Shown: positions 28,053 through 37,216 of the stretch, piece after piece
How positions within the stretch are numbered: position 1 is the stretch's first letter
Layout: every line of letters starts with the position of its first letter
The notes under the pieces: generated by a model
Seen by the model: the letters and a program-made list of their open reading frames with translations, nothing else
Database searches by the model: none
What the model was told of the DNA's origin: nothing
Assembly: GCA_039091335.1 (NCBI GenBank)
Contig: JAWCME010000004.1
Location: forward strand, 1 to 38,230
From: Candidatus Aenigmatarchaeota archaeon
GTDB taxonomy: Archaea; Aenigmatarchaeota; Aenigmatarchaeia; CG10238-14; SCSR01
Direction of reading: 5' to 3'
DNA length: 38,230 bases
Translations under genes and position numbers: made by a program

Positions 28053-28921
28053 TATTCACCACCTGGAGATATGGATTTTACTAATATTATGAATGCAAAG
28101 GAAACAATGGGAAGGAAGACGAATATCAGAAAGGATTGGATTGCTATTATATTTCCTGCTGCCCCAGCTATACCCGACATTATTGCTGTTAAAATCACAA
28201 AAAATATTGCACCAAGAACAACTGCAGTTATATAAACTTCTATGAACATCGTTAATTGATGGGAAAATTCAAAAAGCTTTCTTCTGTACTCTTCCATAAA
28301 ACTCTTAGATTTCTCCTTCAAAAAAGAGGTTAAGTCACCTCCTGTTCTTGTTATGGAAAGAATTCCCCAAAGTAGCTCTTTCATTTTTTTTGATGAAGAC
28401 CTTTCAACGGCCCTTTCTATTGCTGTATTAACATCAATACCAAAGGCCTCTATGTCGTTTGTTATTCCAGCAATTTCTTCTGTTATTTCTCCATATTCGC
28501 TAAATCTTGTAAAAATGTTGAAAACTGTATGAATTGGTAGTTTTGAGCTTGCTATTGTTGCAATGTATAGAGAGGCAAACGGAAGATTTTTTTCAATGTT
28601 ACCTGCCTTTTGTTTTATTAAAACTCTTGGATAATGTATGTAAAGAAGAAAAAGAAGTAGGGTTAAAAAAAATGAGACTGTAAAAGATGTTATAAAACCA
28701 AATAAAAAACTTTGAAGAAAAAATGAGAAAAGGAAGGAGAGAAAAGGAAGAGTTATCAAGAAAAAGATGAAGGAAAGAAACATGCCCTTGCTCAAATGCT
28801 CTTGAACTGACATTTTAAGCCTTGCCCTTCTTAAATCGTTCCTTAAATCAGGAAAGTAAAAAGAAACTTTATCACTTAAATCTCCAAAAAACTTTATTGA
28901 GGCCTTTGTATAAAAACTCAT
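28052..28921 (-). CDS. TadC/TadB-like (T2SSF) platform protein
   Basis: IEKNLPFASLYIAT...YGEITEE...TGGDLTSFL with four TM segments. Confidence 0.92.
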   Translation of the reverse strand: MSFYTKASIKFFGDLSDKVSFYFPDLRNDLRRARLKMSVQEHLSKGMFLSFIFFLITLPFLSFLFSFFLQSFLFGFITSFTVSFFLTLLLFLLYIHYPRVLIKQKAGNIEKNLPFASLYIATIASSKLPIHTVFNIFTRFSEYGEITEEIAGITNDIEAFGIDVNTAIERAVERSSSKKMKELLWGILSITRTGGDLTSFLKEKSKSFMEEYRRKLFEFSHQLTMFIEVYITAVVLGAIFFVILTAIMSGIAGAAGNIIAIQSFLIFVFLPIVSFAFIILVKSISPGGE

Positions 28922-30649
28922 TCAAGCGCCTCCGATTGCAGATATAATCCTTTCAGGATAATTGTAATAAGCATTCAATACCTTGAAAACTTGCTTATAC
29001 TCTATGATATTATTCTCTTTCATCCAATTTAGAAGGAGCATCCTCCTTTCTATTTCTTCTTTTATTTGATTTTCTCTTATTCCTGTACTTTCTGATATCT
29101 TTTTTAGCACCACACTTTTTCCTGTTATTTCAAACTTGTCACCAATTGGATTCCATTTAAATACCCTATTAACTATTGGTCTGTTTGTTTCTTTTTCTAT
29201 TCCAACAACCTCAACAACCTCAACAACCTTCCTTATAGGTCTTTCTTTATGTCTCACAACAGATAGAAAAACCACAATATCAAGACTTGCAACAAGACCT
29301 GGTGGCAAGGAAATTGGCGGGGTTGTAAGCCTGTCAACAAGCTTTGGAAGGTTTTCTGCATGTATGGTTGCCATGCTTGCATGCCCTGTTGCCATTTCCT
29401 GGAAAAGAACGAATGCTTCTTTACCCCTTACTTCTCCGACAATTATATAGTCTGGCCTCATCCTAAGGCTTTCTTTTAACAAATCAAAAAGGTCAACTTC
29501 TCCTCCTTTTCTCTCTTCTAAAACCATTGGTACCCTTGCAACTGTTGGAACCCAGTGAGAGTGTGGAAGTCGAAGCTCTGGTGTGTCTTCTATACTAACA
29601 ATCTTCTTTTCTGGTCTGATGAATAAAGACAATACATTAAGTAAAGACGTCTTTCCTGTTGCTGTACCTCCTGAGATTAATACACTCTTTCCATAATCAA
29701 CTGCAAACCAGAGATATGCTAAAATTTTTGGGTCAAGTGTATTATAGGAGAGTAGATGAATTGGTGTTAATGGTTCCTCTGTGAATTTTCTTATGGTAAA
29801 GCTGCTTCCTCTTCTAGCTATGTCTGTAGCAAGTGTTGCCTGAACCCTTGATCCATCTCTTAAGCTTCCTTCAACCAAAGGAGTTGCAACTGAAATCGCC
29901 TTACCACAAAGCTGAGAAAGCCTTATCACAAAAGAATCTAGCTCTTCAGATGAATCAAATTGAATGTTTGTGGCAAGAGAAGCAAACTTTGGGTCTCTAT
30001 GAAATACAAAAATTGGTATTCCAACACCATCACAACTTATGTCCTCTATGTTTGGGTCTTGCATCAATGGCTCTATTTTTCCAAGCCCGATAAAATCCCT
30101 ATCAACATAATAATTTAAAATTTTTTTCTCCTCTTCTGTAAGTTTAAATCCATAATATTTCAATATCTCATCAACGTTTCTCTTCAAATATTCCTTTGCC
30201 TCAAAAATTTTTAACTTAGAAAAATCAACATCGAGTTTCTGTTCTAAAAGGTCTTTAACCCTTTCTATAATATTCCTCAACTTTTCCGTGAATTCGGGTT
30301 CAACAACCTCATATCTATATCTATCCAACTCTTCATCCCAATATATTCTTGCATACGCAAATATAGGTTCGTTTTTAGCTGGATTTCTTGGAATCAAGGG
30401 ATATGAAATTTTTAATTTAACCTCTTCTTCTGGTTTTATCGCACCAATCTTAACTTTTGAAGGGAACTCTGGGATTTCTATTCCCTCTATTTTTATTTCC
30501 TCTTCTGCCTTTACTTTCCCTCCTATTGGAGAAATTTCCTCCGTTGTTATTTTAACCTCCTCTACTTTTATTGGTATTTCCTCTTTTTTCTTTTGAGAAA
30601 TATTTTTATATCCTCTTACAAGTCTGACGAAAAATTTTTTAAACGTCAT
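28922..30649 (-). CDS. Type IV pilus assembly ATPase (VirB11/ArlI-like), locus 2
   Basis: DPNIEDISCDG, GGTATGKT, SIEDTPEL, LRMRPDYIIVGEVRG, ATGH and TIHA. Confidence 0.95.
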   Translation of the reverse strand: MTFKKFFVRLVRGYKNISQKKKEEIPIKVEEVKITTEEISPIGGKVKAEEEIKIEGIEIPEFPSKVKIGAIKPEEEVKLKISYPLIPRNPAKNEPIFAYARIYWDEELDRYRYEVVEPEFTEKLRNIIERVKDLLEQKLDVDFSKLKIFEAKEYLKRNVDEILKYYGFKLTEEEKKILNYYVDRDFIGLGKIEPLMQDPNIEDISCDGVGIPIFVFHRDPKFASLATNIQFDSSEELDSFVIRLSQLCGKAISVATPLVEGSLRDGSRVQATLATDIARRGSSFTIRKFTEEPLTPIHLLSYNTLDPKILAYLWFAVDYGKSVLISGGTATGKTSLLNVLSLFIRPEKKIVSIEDTPELRLPHSHWVPTVARVPMVLEERKGGEVDLFDLLKESLRMRPDYIIVGEVRGKEAFVLFQEMATGHASMATIHAENLPKLVDRLTTPPISLPPGLVASLDIVVFLSVVRHKERPIRKVVEVVEVVGIEKETNRPIVNRVFKWNPIGDKFEITGKSVVLKKISESTGIRENQIKEEIERRMLLLNWMKENNIIEYKQVFKVLNAYYNYPERIISAIGGA

Positions 30650-31077
30650 TCTATCCTTAATTCATTTTTTGTTTTATCAAATGTTAAAGTTATTGTCTTC
30701 AAAGAAATGCTTTTTCCTGAAAGTAGAAGGGACGAATTTAGGTTGTGAATAGAAGAGATATGATATTTTCCTCCGGGAAGTGCTAGAACCCTTAATCCTT
30801 TTCCTGCGTTTAAAAACTCAAGCTCAAAAAAATATCCTGCTGTTACATTTTCAATTCTAAAGCTTGTTCTTACAAAATCACACTGCTTACAATAGTCGAA
30901 AAGGTTTATTGCAAGGGAAGACACATAGCTACTTACACCAACCATCCCATAATTAAGGGTCTCTTCTCTAAAAATGTCTGACCTTGCCTTCAAAAATGTA
31001 CCTATTGTCAAAAACAATGTAAAACCAATCATGAAGAAAATTACAAACTGAATTATTAGAGACTGGGCTTTTTTCAT
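30646..31077 (-). CDS. Pilin-like protein, locus 2
   Basis: MKKA|QSLIIQFVIFFMIGFTLF; CKQC. Confidence 0.8.
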   Translation of the reverse strand: MKKAQSLIIQFVIFFMIGFTLFLTIGTFLKARSDIFREETLNYGMVGVSSYVSSLAINLFDYCKQCDFVRTSFRIENVTAGYFFELEFLNAGKGLRVLALPGGKYHISSIHNLNSSLLLSGKSISLKTITLTFDKTKNELRIE

Positions 31078-31709
31078 ATAAGAAGAATTTTGATTTCTGT
31101 GATAATTAATGTTTTACTTCCTTCGACCTGAGAATATACGCTGCCCCTTGAAATTCTTACAGATTTTCCCGAAGATGTGAATGGACCAGAAGGGCTTTTT
31201 GAAAGCAAAACATATCTATAGCCCTTGGTTGGGGATTCCTCCAATTCCCTAAGCCAGACTTTATATGTTATGTTAAATCCATCTGCTGTTTTATCTGCTC
31301 TTCCAAAAACAACTATTGGTTCATCTATACCAACATTTCCTATTTGTTGTGTATTGCTTGTGCTCAGAGGAATCCATCCAACATCGTTCGCAATATTTGT
31401 TGTTTTGCTGAAAAAAGTGAATTGGATTGAGTTTTTTTCTTGGCTTGGGCTGTCGTAAACATACAAAAACCATATTCCATCTATATCCGATTGAAAGTTT
31501 TGTTCACCGCCATACTTTGCAACATATCCAATAATTCCAGGAAGAGAGTTTACATTGTTTATATCAAAGTATTTGTATGCTCTTTCTATCATTGCTTGAT
31601 GCTGACTTTTCTGGATTAAAGGGATTCCCCAAAAATAGGCAGAAGAAACAAGACTCATCGCAATAATAACAATTACTACTGCTGAAATTATATCTGATTG
31701 AGATTTCAT
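31074..31709 (-). CDS. Pilin-like protein, locus 2
   Basis: MKS|QSDIISAVVIVIIAMSLVSSAYFWGIPLI is an archaeal pilin N-terminus with the YxWGxP motif. Confidence 0.85.
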   Translation of the reverse strand: MKSQSDIISAVVIVIIAMSLVSSAYFWGIPLIQKSQHQAMIERAYKYFDINNVNSLPGIIGYVAKYGGEQNFQSDIDGIWFLYVYDSPSQEKNSIQFTFFSKTTNIANDVGWIPLSTSNTQQIGNVGIDEPIVVFGRADKTADGFNITYKVWLRELEESPTKGYRYVLLSKSPSGPFTSSGKSVRISRGSVYSQVEGSKTLIITEIKILLI

Positions 31710-31715
31710 ACCAAT

Positions 31716-32186
31716 CTATTTTTGTATCGGTCTTATTGGAGGTATCCTTGGTGGCGGAAGCGCTGGCCTCTTAAGTTTTTTATCGATTTCTTCAAGTGTA
31801 CTCAACATTGATTGGTTGTTCTCCACAATCTTCTTATTCTCTTCTATTAGCTGATCAAGTTTTTCTACTAATGGCTTAAAAGAAATTCCCGAAGTTATTT
31901 CCTCTGTGGCTGCTGCCTTAACATAAGATAAAAGTTCATCTATCTTTCCAATTAAATCTTCTATTCTTCCAGGAAGCTTTGAGATTTCAATTCTTAGTGC
32001 ATCATCAGCCTTTGCTAGTTGGTCAACCAGTTGCTGGTTCATCCTTATTATATCCAAAACTTCTTTCAAAAACTCCTTTGTATCGACAATCGAAGAAGCC
32101 TCTATTTGTTCAATTCTCTTCTCCAACTTTCTTAAAGGCGAAATTGGAATTAATTCAAACTCTTCTTGATATTTTTCTATTGCCAT
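31716..32186 (-). CDS. Coiled-coil hypothetical protein with a Pro-rich C-terminal tail
   Basis: Heptad-rich 156-aa ORF ending KRPALPPPRIPPIRPIQK, with an AGGTGA Shine-Dalgarno upstream. Confidence 0.85.
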   Translation of the reverse strand: MAIEKYQEEFELIPISPLRKLEKRIEQIEASSIVDTKEFLKEVLDIIRMNQQLVDQLAKADDALRIEISKLPGRIEDLIGKIDELLSYVKAAATEEITSGISFKPLVEKLDQLIEENKKIVENNQSMLSTLEEIDKKLKRPALPPPRIPPIRPIQK

Positions 32187-32246
32187 ATATCACCTAACTA
32201 TAATTTCTTTTTAAAAATAATAAAGTTTGTTAAAAAAAAGAAAAGA

Positions 32247-33896
32247 TTAAACTTCGGCCTCTTCTTCTGGTCTTGGTGGTGAAGGAGTTTTTTCAAGCTT
32301 GCCTGCTGATATAACATCATCTATTCTCAATATCATCTCTGCGGCCTCAGCAGCAGATTTTATTGCCTGGGTCTTTACCTTCAATGGCTCAACTACTCCC
32401 ATCTCCTCTGCATTAACTATTTTTCCTTCAAATAAGTCTATTCCGTGATATGTGTTTCCTTGTTCATGGGCTGCTCTCAATTCAACCAATATATCAATTG
32501 GGTCCAAGCCAGCATTTTCTGCCAAGCTTCTTGGAACAATTTCCAATGCATCTGCAAAAGCCTGTATTGCTAGTTGCTCTCTGCCAGAGAACTTTTCTGC
32601 AAACTTTTTAAGTCTTCTTGAAACTTCTATTTCAGGAGCTCCTGCACCAGGGACTATTTTTCCAACCTCTATTGCAGAAGATACCGCACCGACAGCATCT
32701 TCTATGCTTCTATCAACTTCGTCAACAACATGCTCTGTGCTTCCTCTTACAAGTATTGTTACTGCCTTTGGGTCTTTACACTCTCTGACAAAAGTCATTG
32801 CTTCTCCAGCTATTTTTTTCTCCTCTACAATTTTTGCAAATCCTAGATCTTCTGGTGAAAGGTCGTCTAGGTTTGTAACTATCCTACCTCCTGTCGCTTT
32901 TGCAAGAGCTTCCATGTCCGACTTCTTTACCCTTCTGCATGCTAGTATTCCTTTTTTAGCGAGATAATGCTGAGCTAAATCATCGATTCCCTTTTGACAT
33001 AAAACAACATTTGCTCCTGAATCAGCAATTTTTTCTACCATTTCCTTTAGCATTTTTTGTTCTTGCTCTATGAATGCCTGCATTTGCTCCGGAGATGTTA
33101 TCCTTATTTCAGCATCAGTCTCAGTTTCCTTTATTTCAAGTGCAACATCAAGCAATGCTATCTTTGCGTTTTTAACAGTTTTTGGCATTCCTGGATGCAC
33201 CACTTCTTTGTCTATAACTATTCCTTTAACAAGTTCCGTCTCTTCTGCAGAAGCCCCATGTTTTTTCTCTCTTTTTATGTTGTCTGTATCAACAACTATT
33301 TTTCCGTTCTCCTTTGTTGCAACCATCTTTACTGCCTCTACTACTTTATTTGCAAGTAAAGGAGACGCCCTTTCAACAGACTTTCCACTCATAGCAGTTA
33401 TTGCAATTTTTGTTAAAAGCTCCTCATCATCAAGAGAAATTGGCTTTGCTATATCCTCAAGAATTTTTAAAGCTTCTTCTTTAGCAATCCTAAACCCCTT
33501 TGTTATTACTGTTGGATGCACTTCTTGGTCAAGTAGTTCTTCTGCTTTTTTCAAAAGCTCTCCTGCAATTATCACTGAAGTTGTTGTCCCATCCCCCACT
33601 TCTTGGTTTTGTGTTTTTGCAACTTCAACCATCATTTTTGCAGATGGGTGTTCTATCTCCATTTCCTCTAATATTGTTACGCCATCGTTTGTTATCACAA
33701 TGTCTCCTATGGAATCAACAAGCATCTTGTCCATTCCCTTTGGACCCAGGGTTGTTCTTACAGCATCTGCTACTGCTCTTGCCGCTGCTATGTTATTTCT
33801 TTGCGCGTCTCTTCCAACCTGTCTTAGTGTTCCTTCTGGAAGTATTAAAACAGGCTGACCCCCAAGTTGTCCTATCATTGCCTTGCCATTTGGCAT
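32247..33896 (-). CDS. ths: Thermosome subunit (group II chaperonin)
   Basis: [32 protein letters not shown] and ILRIDDVI. Confidence 0.98.
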   Translation of the reverse strand: MPNGKAMIGQLGGQPVLILPEGTLRQVGRDAQRNNIAAARAVADAVRTTLGPKGMDKMLVDSIGDIVITNDGVTILEEMEIEHPSAKMMVEVAKTQNQEVGDGTTTSVIIAGELLKKAEELLDQEVHPTVITKGFRIAKEEALKILEDIAKPISLDDEELLTKIAITAMSGKSVERASPLLANKVVEAVKMVATKENGKIVVDTDNIKREKKHGASAEETELVKGIVIDKEVVHPGMPKTVKNAKIALLDVALEIKETETDAEIRITSPEQMQAFIEQEQKMLKEMVEKIADSGANVVLCQKGIDDLAQHYLAKKGILACRRVKKSDMEALAKATGGRIVTNLDDLSPEDLGFAKIVEEKKIAGEAMTFVRECKDPKAVTILVRGSTEHVVDEVDRSIEDAVGAVSSAIEVGKIVPGAGAPEIEVSRRLKKFAEKFSGREQLAIQAFADALEIVPRSLAENAGLDPIDILVELRAAHEQGNTYHGIDLFEGKIVNAEEMGVVEPLKVKTQAIKSAAEAAEMILRIDDVISAGKLEKTPSPPRPEEEAEV

Positions 33897-33900
33897 CTTT

Positions 33901-33908
33901 CCACCTCC
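33901..33908 (-). promoter_or_regulatory. Strong Shine-Dalgarno site for the thermosome gene
   Basis: ccacctcc on + reads GGAGGTGG on -, ending 4 nt upstream of the ATG at 33896. Confidence 0.75.
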
Positions 33909-33942
33909 TTTTTATTAATATACTTACATGCACATTTAAATT

Positions 33943-34848
33943 TTATGATGTTTTTTCTTGAATTAGTTTGCTAAACTCTTTAGCAGACTCGATCTCAAAA
34001 AGCTCAGGCTCTGATATAACAGGCACTCCTTCTATGTTTTTTTCCTCAAACTCTTTTGCGAAAAATATAAACTTAGAAGAAAACATTGAAGAGAGGGTTC
34101 TAAATTTATAGACTTCCCTTTTAATTCCATGCATGTTTTTCAAAAGATTCGCAATAAGCGAAAATTTTTCCTTACCTACAATTCTAAACGGTGCAGAGTA
34201 TACTGGTGTGTTGTCAAAACCTATTCTGTAAAGCTCTTCTGAAACAGTTTTTTCAAACCCATTTCTTGCTTTAAGATGGATTGGACTAACTTCTCTAAGC
34301 TTGTATGGTTTTCTAATGTTTTCATTAACTAACATCTCTATTTTTTCTACTGTTTTTAATGTTGGGTTCACCCTTTTTTTCTCAATTTCATACAAAGCCT
34401 TTTTTGTTATTCCTATAAGTTTTGAAAATTGTTCAAGTGTTAGGTTTAGTTCTTTTCTCTTTTTCCTTAGTTTAATGTTGTCTATTTCAATAGTATGCCT
34501 TCCTTTTGCAGAATTCAAACAAAAAATCTCTCCTTCTATAAACTCTTCAAAAGCCTTTGGTGTCATCACAGGAATTTCAAACCTAGAATATACTATTCTC
34601 TCATTTAAAAATTCCCTATTGTTTTTCATCGAAACAACAAAAGGGAAGGCAGACAAAAAGTAGGATATTGCTTTTAGACTTTTTGCCTGTTCTTGGTCTA
34701 ATCCGTCAACATTTATTAGAACTTTTATCAAAAGCAATAAATCGTTTCTTGCTGCAATATCAAAACAGCCATCACAAACAAATGTTCTGTAATTCCTTTT
34801 TATCAAGAAATTTACAATCCTGTTTATCAAAAATTCCTTGTTCATCAT
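33943..34848 (-). CDS. Archaeal XRE-HTH transcriptional regulator (COG1395 family)
   Basis: CFDIAAR..LLLLIKVLINVDGL N-terminus, IVYSRFEIPV, a central XRE HTH (LRKKRKELNLTLEQFSKLIGITKKALYEIE) and an APF motif. Confidence 0.88.
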   Translation of the reverse strand: MMNKEFLINRIVNFLIKRNYRTFVCDGCFDIAARNDLLLLIKVLINVDGLDQEQAKSLKAISYFLSAFPFVVSMKNNREFLNERIVYSRFEIPVMTPKAFEEFIEGEIFCLNSAKGRHTIEIDNIKLRKKRKELNLTLEQFSKLIGITKKALYEIEKKRVNPTLKTVEKIEMLVNENIRKPYKLREVSPIHLKARNGFEKTVSEELYRIGFDNTPVYSAPFRIVGKEKFSLIANLLKNMHGIKREVYKFRTLSSMFSSKFIFFAKEFEEKNIEGVPVISEPELFEIESAKEFSKLIQEKTS

Positions 34849-34930
34849 ACTTATTATTTAACTTAAAAAATAAAAATGTGTTTGTGGGTATATAAATAAG
34901 AAATTTATTGAGAGTAAAAATAATATATAA

Positions 34931-35058
34931 GGGCCATTAGCTCAGTCTGGTTAGAAACACTTTTAAAGTGTTAACATGCAATCGCCTTATAAACGGCACA
35001 GACTGAGAAAGCGATAGAAATCCGCTAAAGGTCGCCGGTTCGAATCCGGCATGGCCCA
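34931..35058 (+). tRNA. tRNA-Ile(UAU) with three introns (23/24 at 34956-34977; 37/38 at 34992-35009; 43/44 at 35016-35028); CCA not encoded
   Basis: GGGCCAT TA GCTC AGTCTGGTTA GA[AACACTTTTAAAGTGTTAACAT]GC A ATCGC CT TAT A[AACGGCACAGACTGAGAA]A GCGAT[AGAAATCCGCTAA]AGGTC GCCGG TTCGAAT CCGGC ATGGCCC A. Removing the three inserts gives a perfect cloverleaf with A73. Each insert has a 4-bp central helix in BHB/BHL register. Confidence 0.9.
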
Positions 35059-35100
35059 CTTTAATTAAAGGATTTATTTCTTTCTTAATTAAAATCATTT

Positions 35101-35487
35101 ATGAAATTGGGTTATATAGACGAAGAAAAACCATGGGGAATAATAAGAAAATATACTTCACCTTGCGATGAATTAAGTGTCGTAGGAATAATTGCTACTT
35201 CTACCTCTGAAAAAATAACGCGTTCGGGCTTTGATTTATACGTACAACAAAAGGGGAGTACAACGCTACTATGTGGCGGAGCAAAATTAGAGATTTCTGA
35301 AAAGGAAATTGGAACAAACTATGGTATTCCAGCAGAAATTGTTGTTAATAAAGAGAGTGTTCTAATAATATTAGAAATATTGGAGAAAGGTAAACCTTTA
35401 TTATTAGAAAAAATAGAAGGTTTTGAAAAGTCACAATTTTTTAAAAAACCATTAATAGAAAGGATTGGATATTTAAAATTGTTTTAA
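35101..35487 (+). CDS. Hypothetical protein (128 aa)
   Basis: ATG-initiated ORF filling the gap between tRNA-Ile and lysS. No recognisable motif. Confidence 0.7.
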   Translation: MKLGYIDEEKPWGIIRKYTSPCDELSVVGIIATSTSEKITRSGFDLYVQQKGSTTLLCGGAKLEISEKEIGTNYGIPAEIVVNKESVLIILEILEKGKPLLLEKIEGFEKSQFFKKPLIERIGYLKLF

Positions 35488-35505
35488 AAACAGTTAGGTA
35501 ATATA

Positions 35506-37161
35506 ATGGAGAACAAATATATTTATTGGACTGACAGAATAGCAGAAGAGGTAAGAAAAAGGTTGGAAAATTTTCCCATTTTAAAAAAAACAGTTGAGGA
35601 GAAGGGAGCGGTTATAGTATACGATGAAAAAACTCCTTCTGGAAAAATTCATGTTGGATCTGCAAGGGGTTGGATAATACATGACATAATCACAAAATCT
35701 TTGAATGACAACGGAATTAGAGCTAAGTTTATACTTTCAAGCGATGACATGGACCCACTCGATACTGTGCCAATATACCTTGATAAGCAGAGGTTTCAAC
35801 CATTTCTTGGAATTCCTCTAAGAAATGTTCCGTCTCCGAACAAAAATTATGATAGCTATGCTGACTATTTCTTTTTTTCTTGCGTGGAAAGGTTTGAGGA
35901 ATTGGGAATAGAGGCTGAAATAGAAAGAACTGGTGATAGATATAAAAGGGGGGATTTTAACTGGGCAATCAAAAAGGTTCTTGATAATGCTGAAAAAATT
36001 CATGAAATTTACAGAAAGGTTTATGGAAAAACTTTGAGAGAGAAGCTCCCTTTTTCTCCGATTTGCGAAAAATGTGAAAGGATTGGCACTACATTAGCAT
36101 ATGAATGGGATGCTGAAAATGAGATTTTAAAGTATGTATGCAAAAAGGATTTGGTTAAATGGGCAGAAGGATGTGGTTATGAAGGAGAGATTTCTCCTTA
36201 TAATGGTAGTGGAAAGCTTCCATGGAAGGTAGAATGGGCAGCAAAATGGCCAACTGTTGGAGTAATAATAGAAACTGCTGGAAAAGACCATTTTACTAAA
36301 GGAGGGGCAAGAGAAATTGCTGTTCTTATATCAACAAAAATTTTTGAATATCCTCCTCCATGGCCTTCAAGCCCAGAAAAAATAGGAAAGGGATACGAAT
36401 TCTTTTTGGTAGAAGGAAAGAAAATGTCAACTTCAAAAGGAATTGGAGTAGCATTTACAGAAATTTTAGATTTTATACAACCAGAAATTCTTAGATTTTT
36501 AATGGTAAAAACAAGACCGGAGAGTGCGATAGATTTTAAAGAAGAGCACATACCAAGGTTTTACGAAGAATTTGAAAGATATGAGAGAATTTATTTTGGA
36601 GTTGAGAAGGCGAGTGAAAGGGAAGAGGTGAATGCAAGGAGGGTTTATGAACTTTCTTGTATAAGAATTCCAAAAGAAAGACCTTTCAGGATTCCTTTTG
36701 AGTTTGCATGCATTCTTTCCCAAATTCTCCCAAAAAAAGATAGGGAGGAGAAAGCAATGGAAATTTTGAAAAAAAATTACAGAAGGGAATTTAGCAGCTT
36801 TGAGAAAGAGCTTATAGAAAAAACATTAAGGTATGCAGAAGTTTGGACTAGGGAGTTTGCACCTGAAAGGTTGAGGATAAAAATATTAGAAGAATTGAGA
36901 GAAGAAGAATTAAACGAACTTTCAGTCGAACAGAAAAATTCTCTTTTTGAATTGAGCAGGTTTTTGGAGAAGGAGAGAGAAGAGACTGAAATTTGGGATA
37001 AAATCAGGGAAATTTCTGAAAATTTAAAAATTGATGTTGGAAAAATATTTGAGGCTGCCTACATTGTACTACTAGGGAAAAAATTTGGACCAAGATTAAT
37101 ACCCCTAATTCAAACTCTTGAAAGGGATTTTGTGATAAAAAGGTTTAGGCTTGAGGAATAA
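35506..37161 (+). CDS. lysS: Class I lysyl-tRNA synthetase
   Basis: YWTD, TPSGKIHVGS (HIGH-like), DDMDPL, CEKC, KLPWKVEWAAKW, GKDH, KMSTSKG and GPRL. Confidence 0.96.
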   Translation: MENKYIYWTDRIAEEVRKRLENFPILKKTVEEKGAVIVYDEKTPSGKIHVGSARGWIIHDIITKSLNDNGIRAKFILSSDDMDPLDTVPIYLDKQRFQPFLGIPLRNVPSPNKNYDSYADYFFFSCVERFEELGIEAEIERTGDRYKRGDFNWAIKKVLDNAEKIHEIYRKVYGKTLREKLPFSPICEKCERIGTTLAYEWDAENEILKYVCKKDLVKWAEGCGYEGEISPYNGSGKLPWKVEWAAKWPTVGVIIETAGKDHFTKGGAREIAVLISTKIFEYPPPWPSSPEKIGKGYEFFLVEGKKMSTSKGIGVAFTEILDFIQPEILRFLMVKTRPESAIDFKEEHIPRFYEEFERYERIYFGVEKASEREEVNARRVYELSCIRIPKERPFRIPFEFACILSQILPKKDREEKAMEILKKNYRREFSSFEKELIEKTLRYAEVWTREFAPERLRIKILEELREEELNELSVEQKNSLFELSRFLEKEREETEIWDKIREISENLKIDVGKIFEAAYIVLLGKKFGPRLIPLIQTLERDFVIKRFRLEE

Positions 37162-37216
37162 CCACTTACAAGGTAAATTATATTTTTATAATTCTCAAAC
37201 CAAAGGTTATTTGGGT

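Noticed and set aside
7153-31709. Archaellum operon
   Set aside because: No archaellin or ArlF/G/J-like genes are recognisable. Paired TadC genes and pilin N-termini indicate pili.
35002-35007. CUGA in tRNA-Ile intron 2 as a box D element
   Set aside because: There is no partner box C, and the CUGA lies inside the antisense match rather than 3' of it.
34986-35033. Alternative reading of the tRNA as Leu(UAA) or Ser with a long variable arm
   Set aside because: The putative variable arm has no convincing stem, BHB register supports cuts at 37/38 and 43/44, and the GCUC/GAGC D-stem fits a class I tRNA such as Ile.
35059-35505. Integrated element at the tRNA-Ile 3' end
   Set aside because: No integrase and no duplicated tRNA 3' end were seen. 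There is only a single hypothetical ORF.
37162-37216. Replication origin next to cdc6
   Set aside because: The intergenic gap is only 55 nt and shows no ORB-like repeats or G-strings. The downstream side is outside the window.
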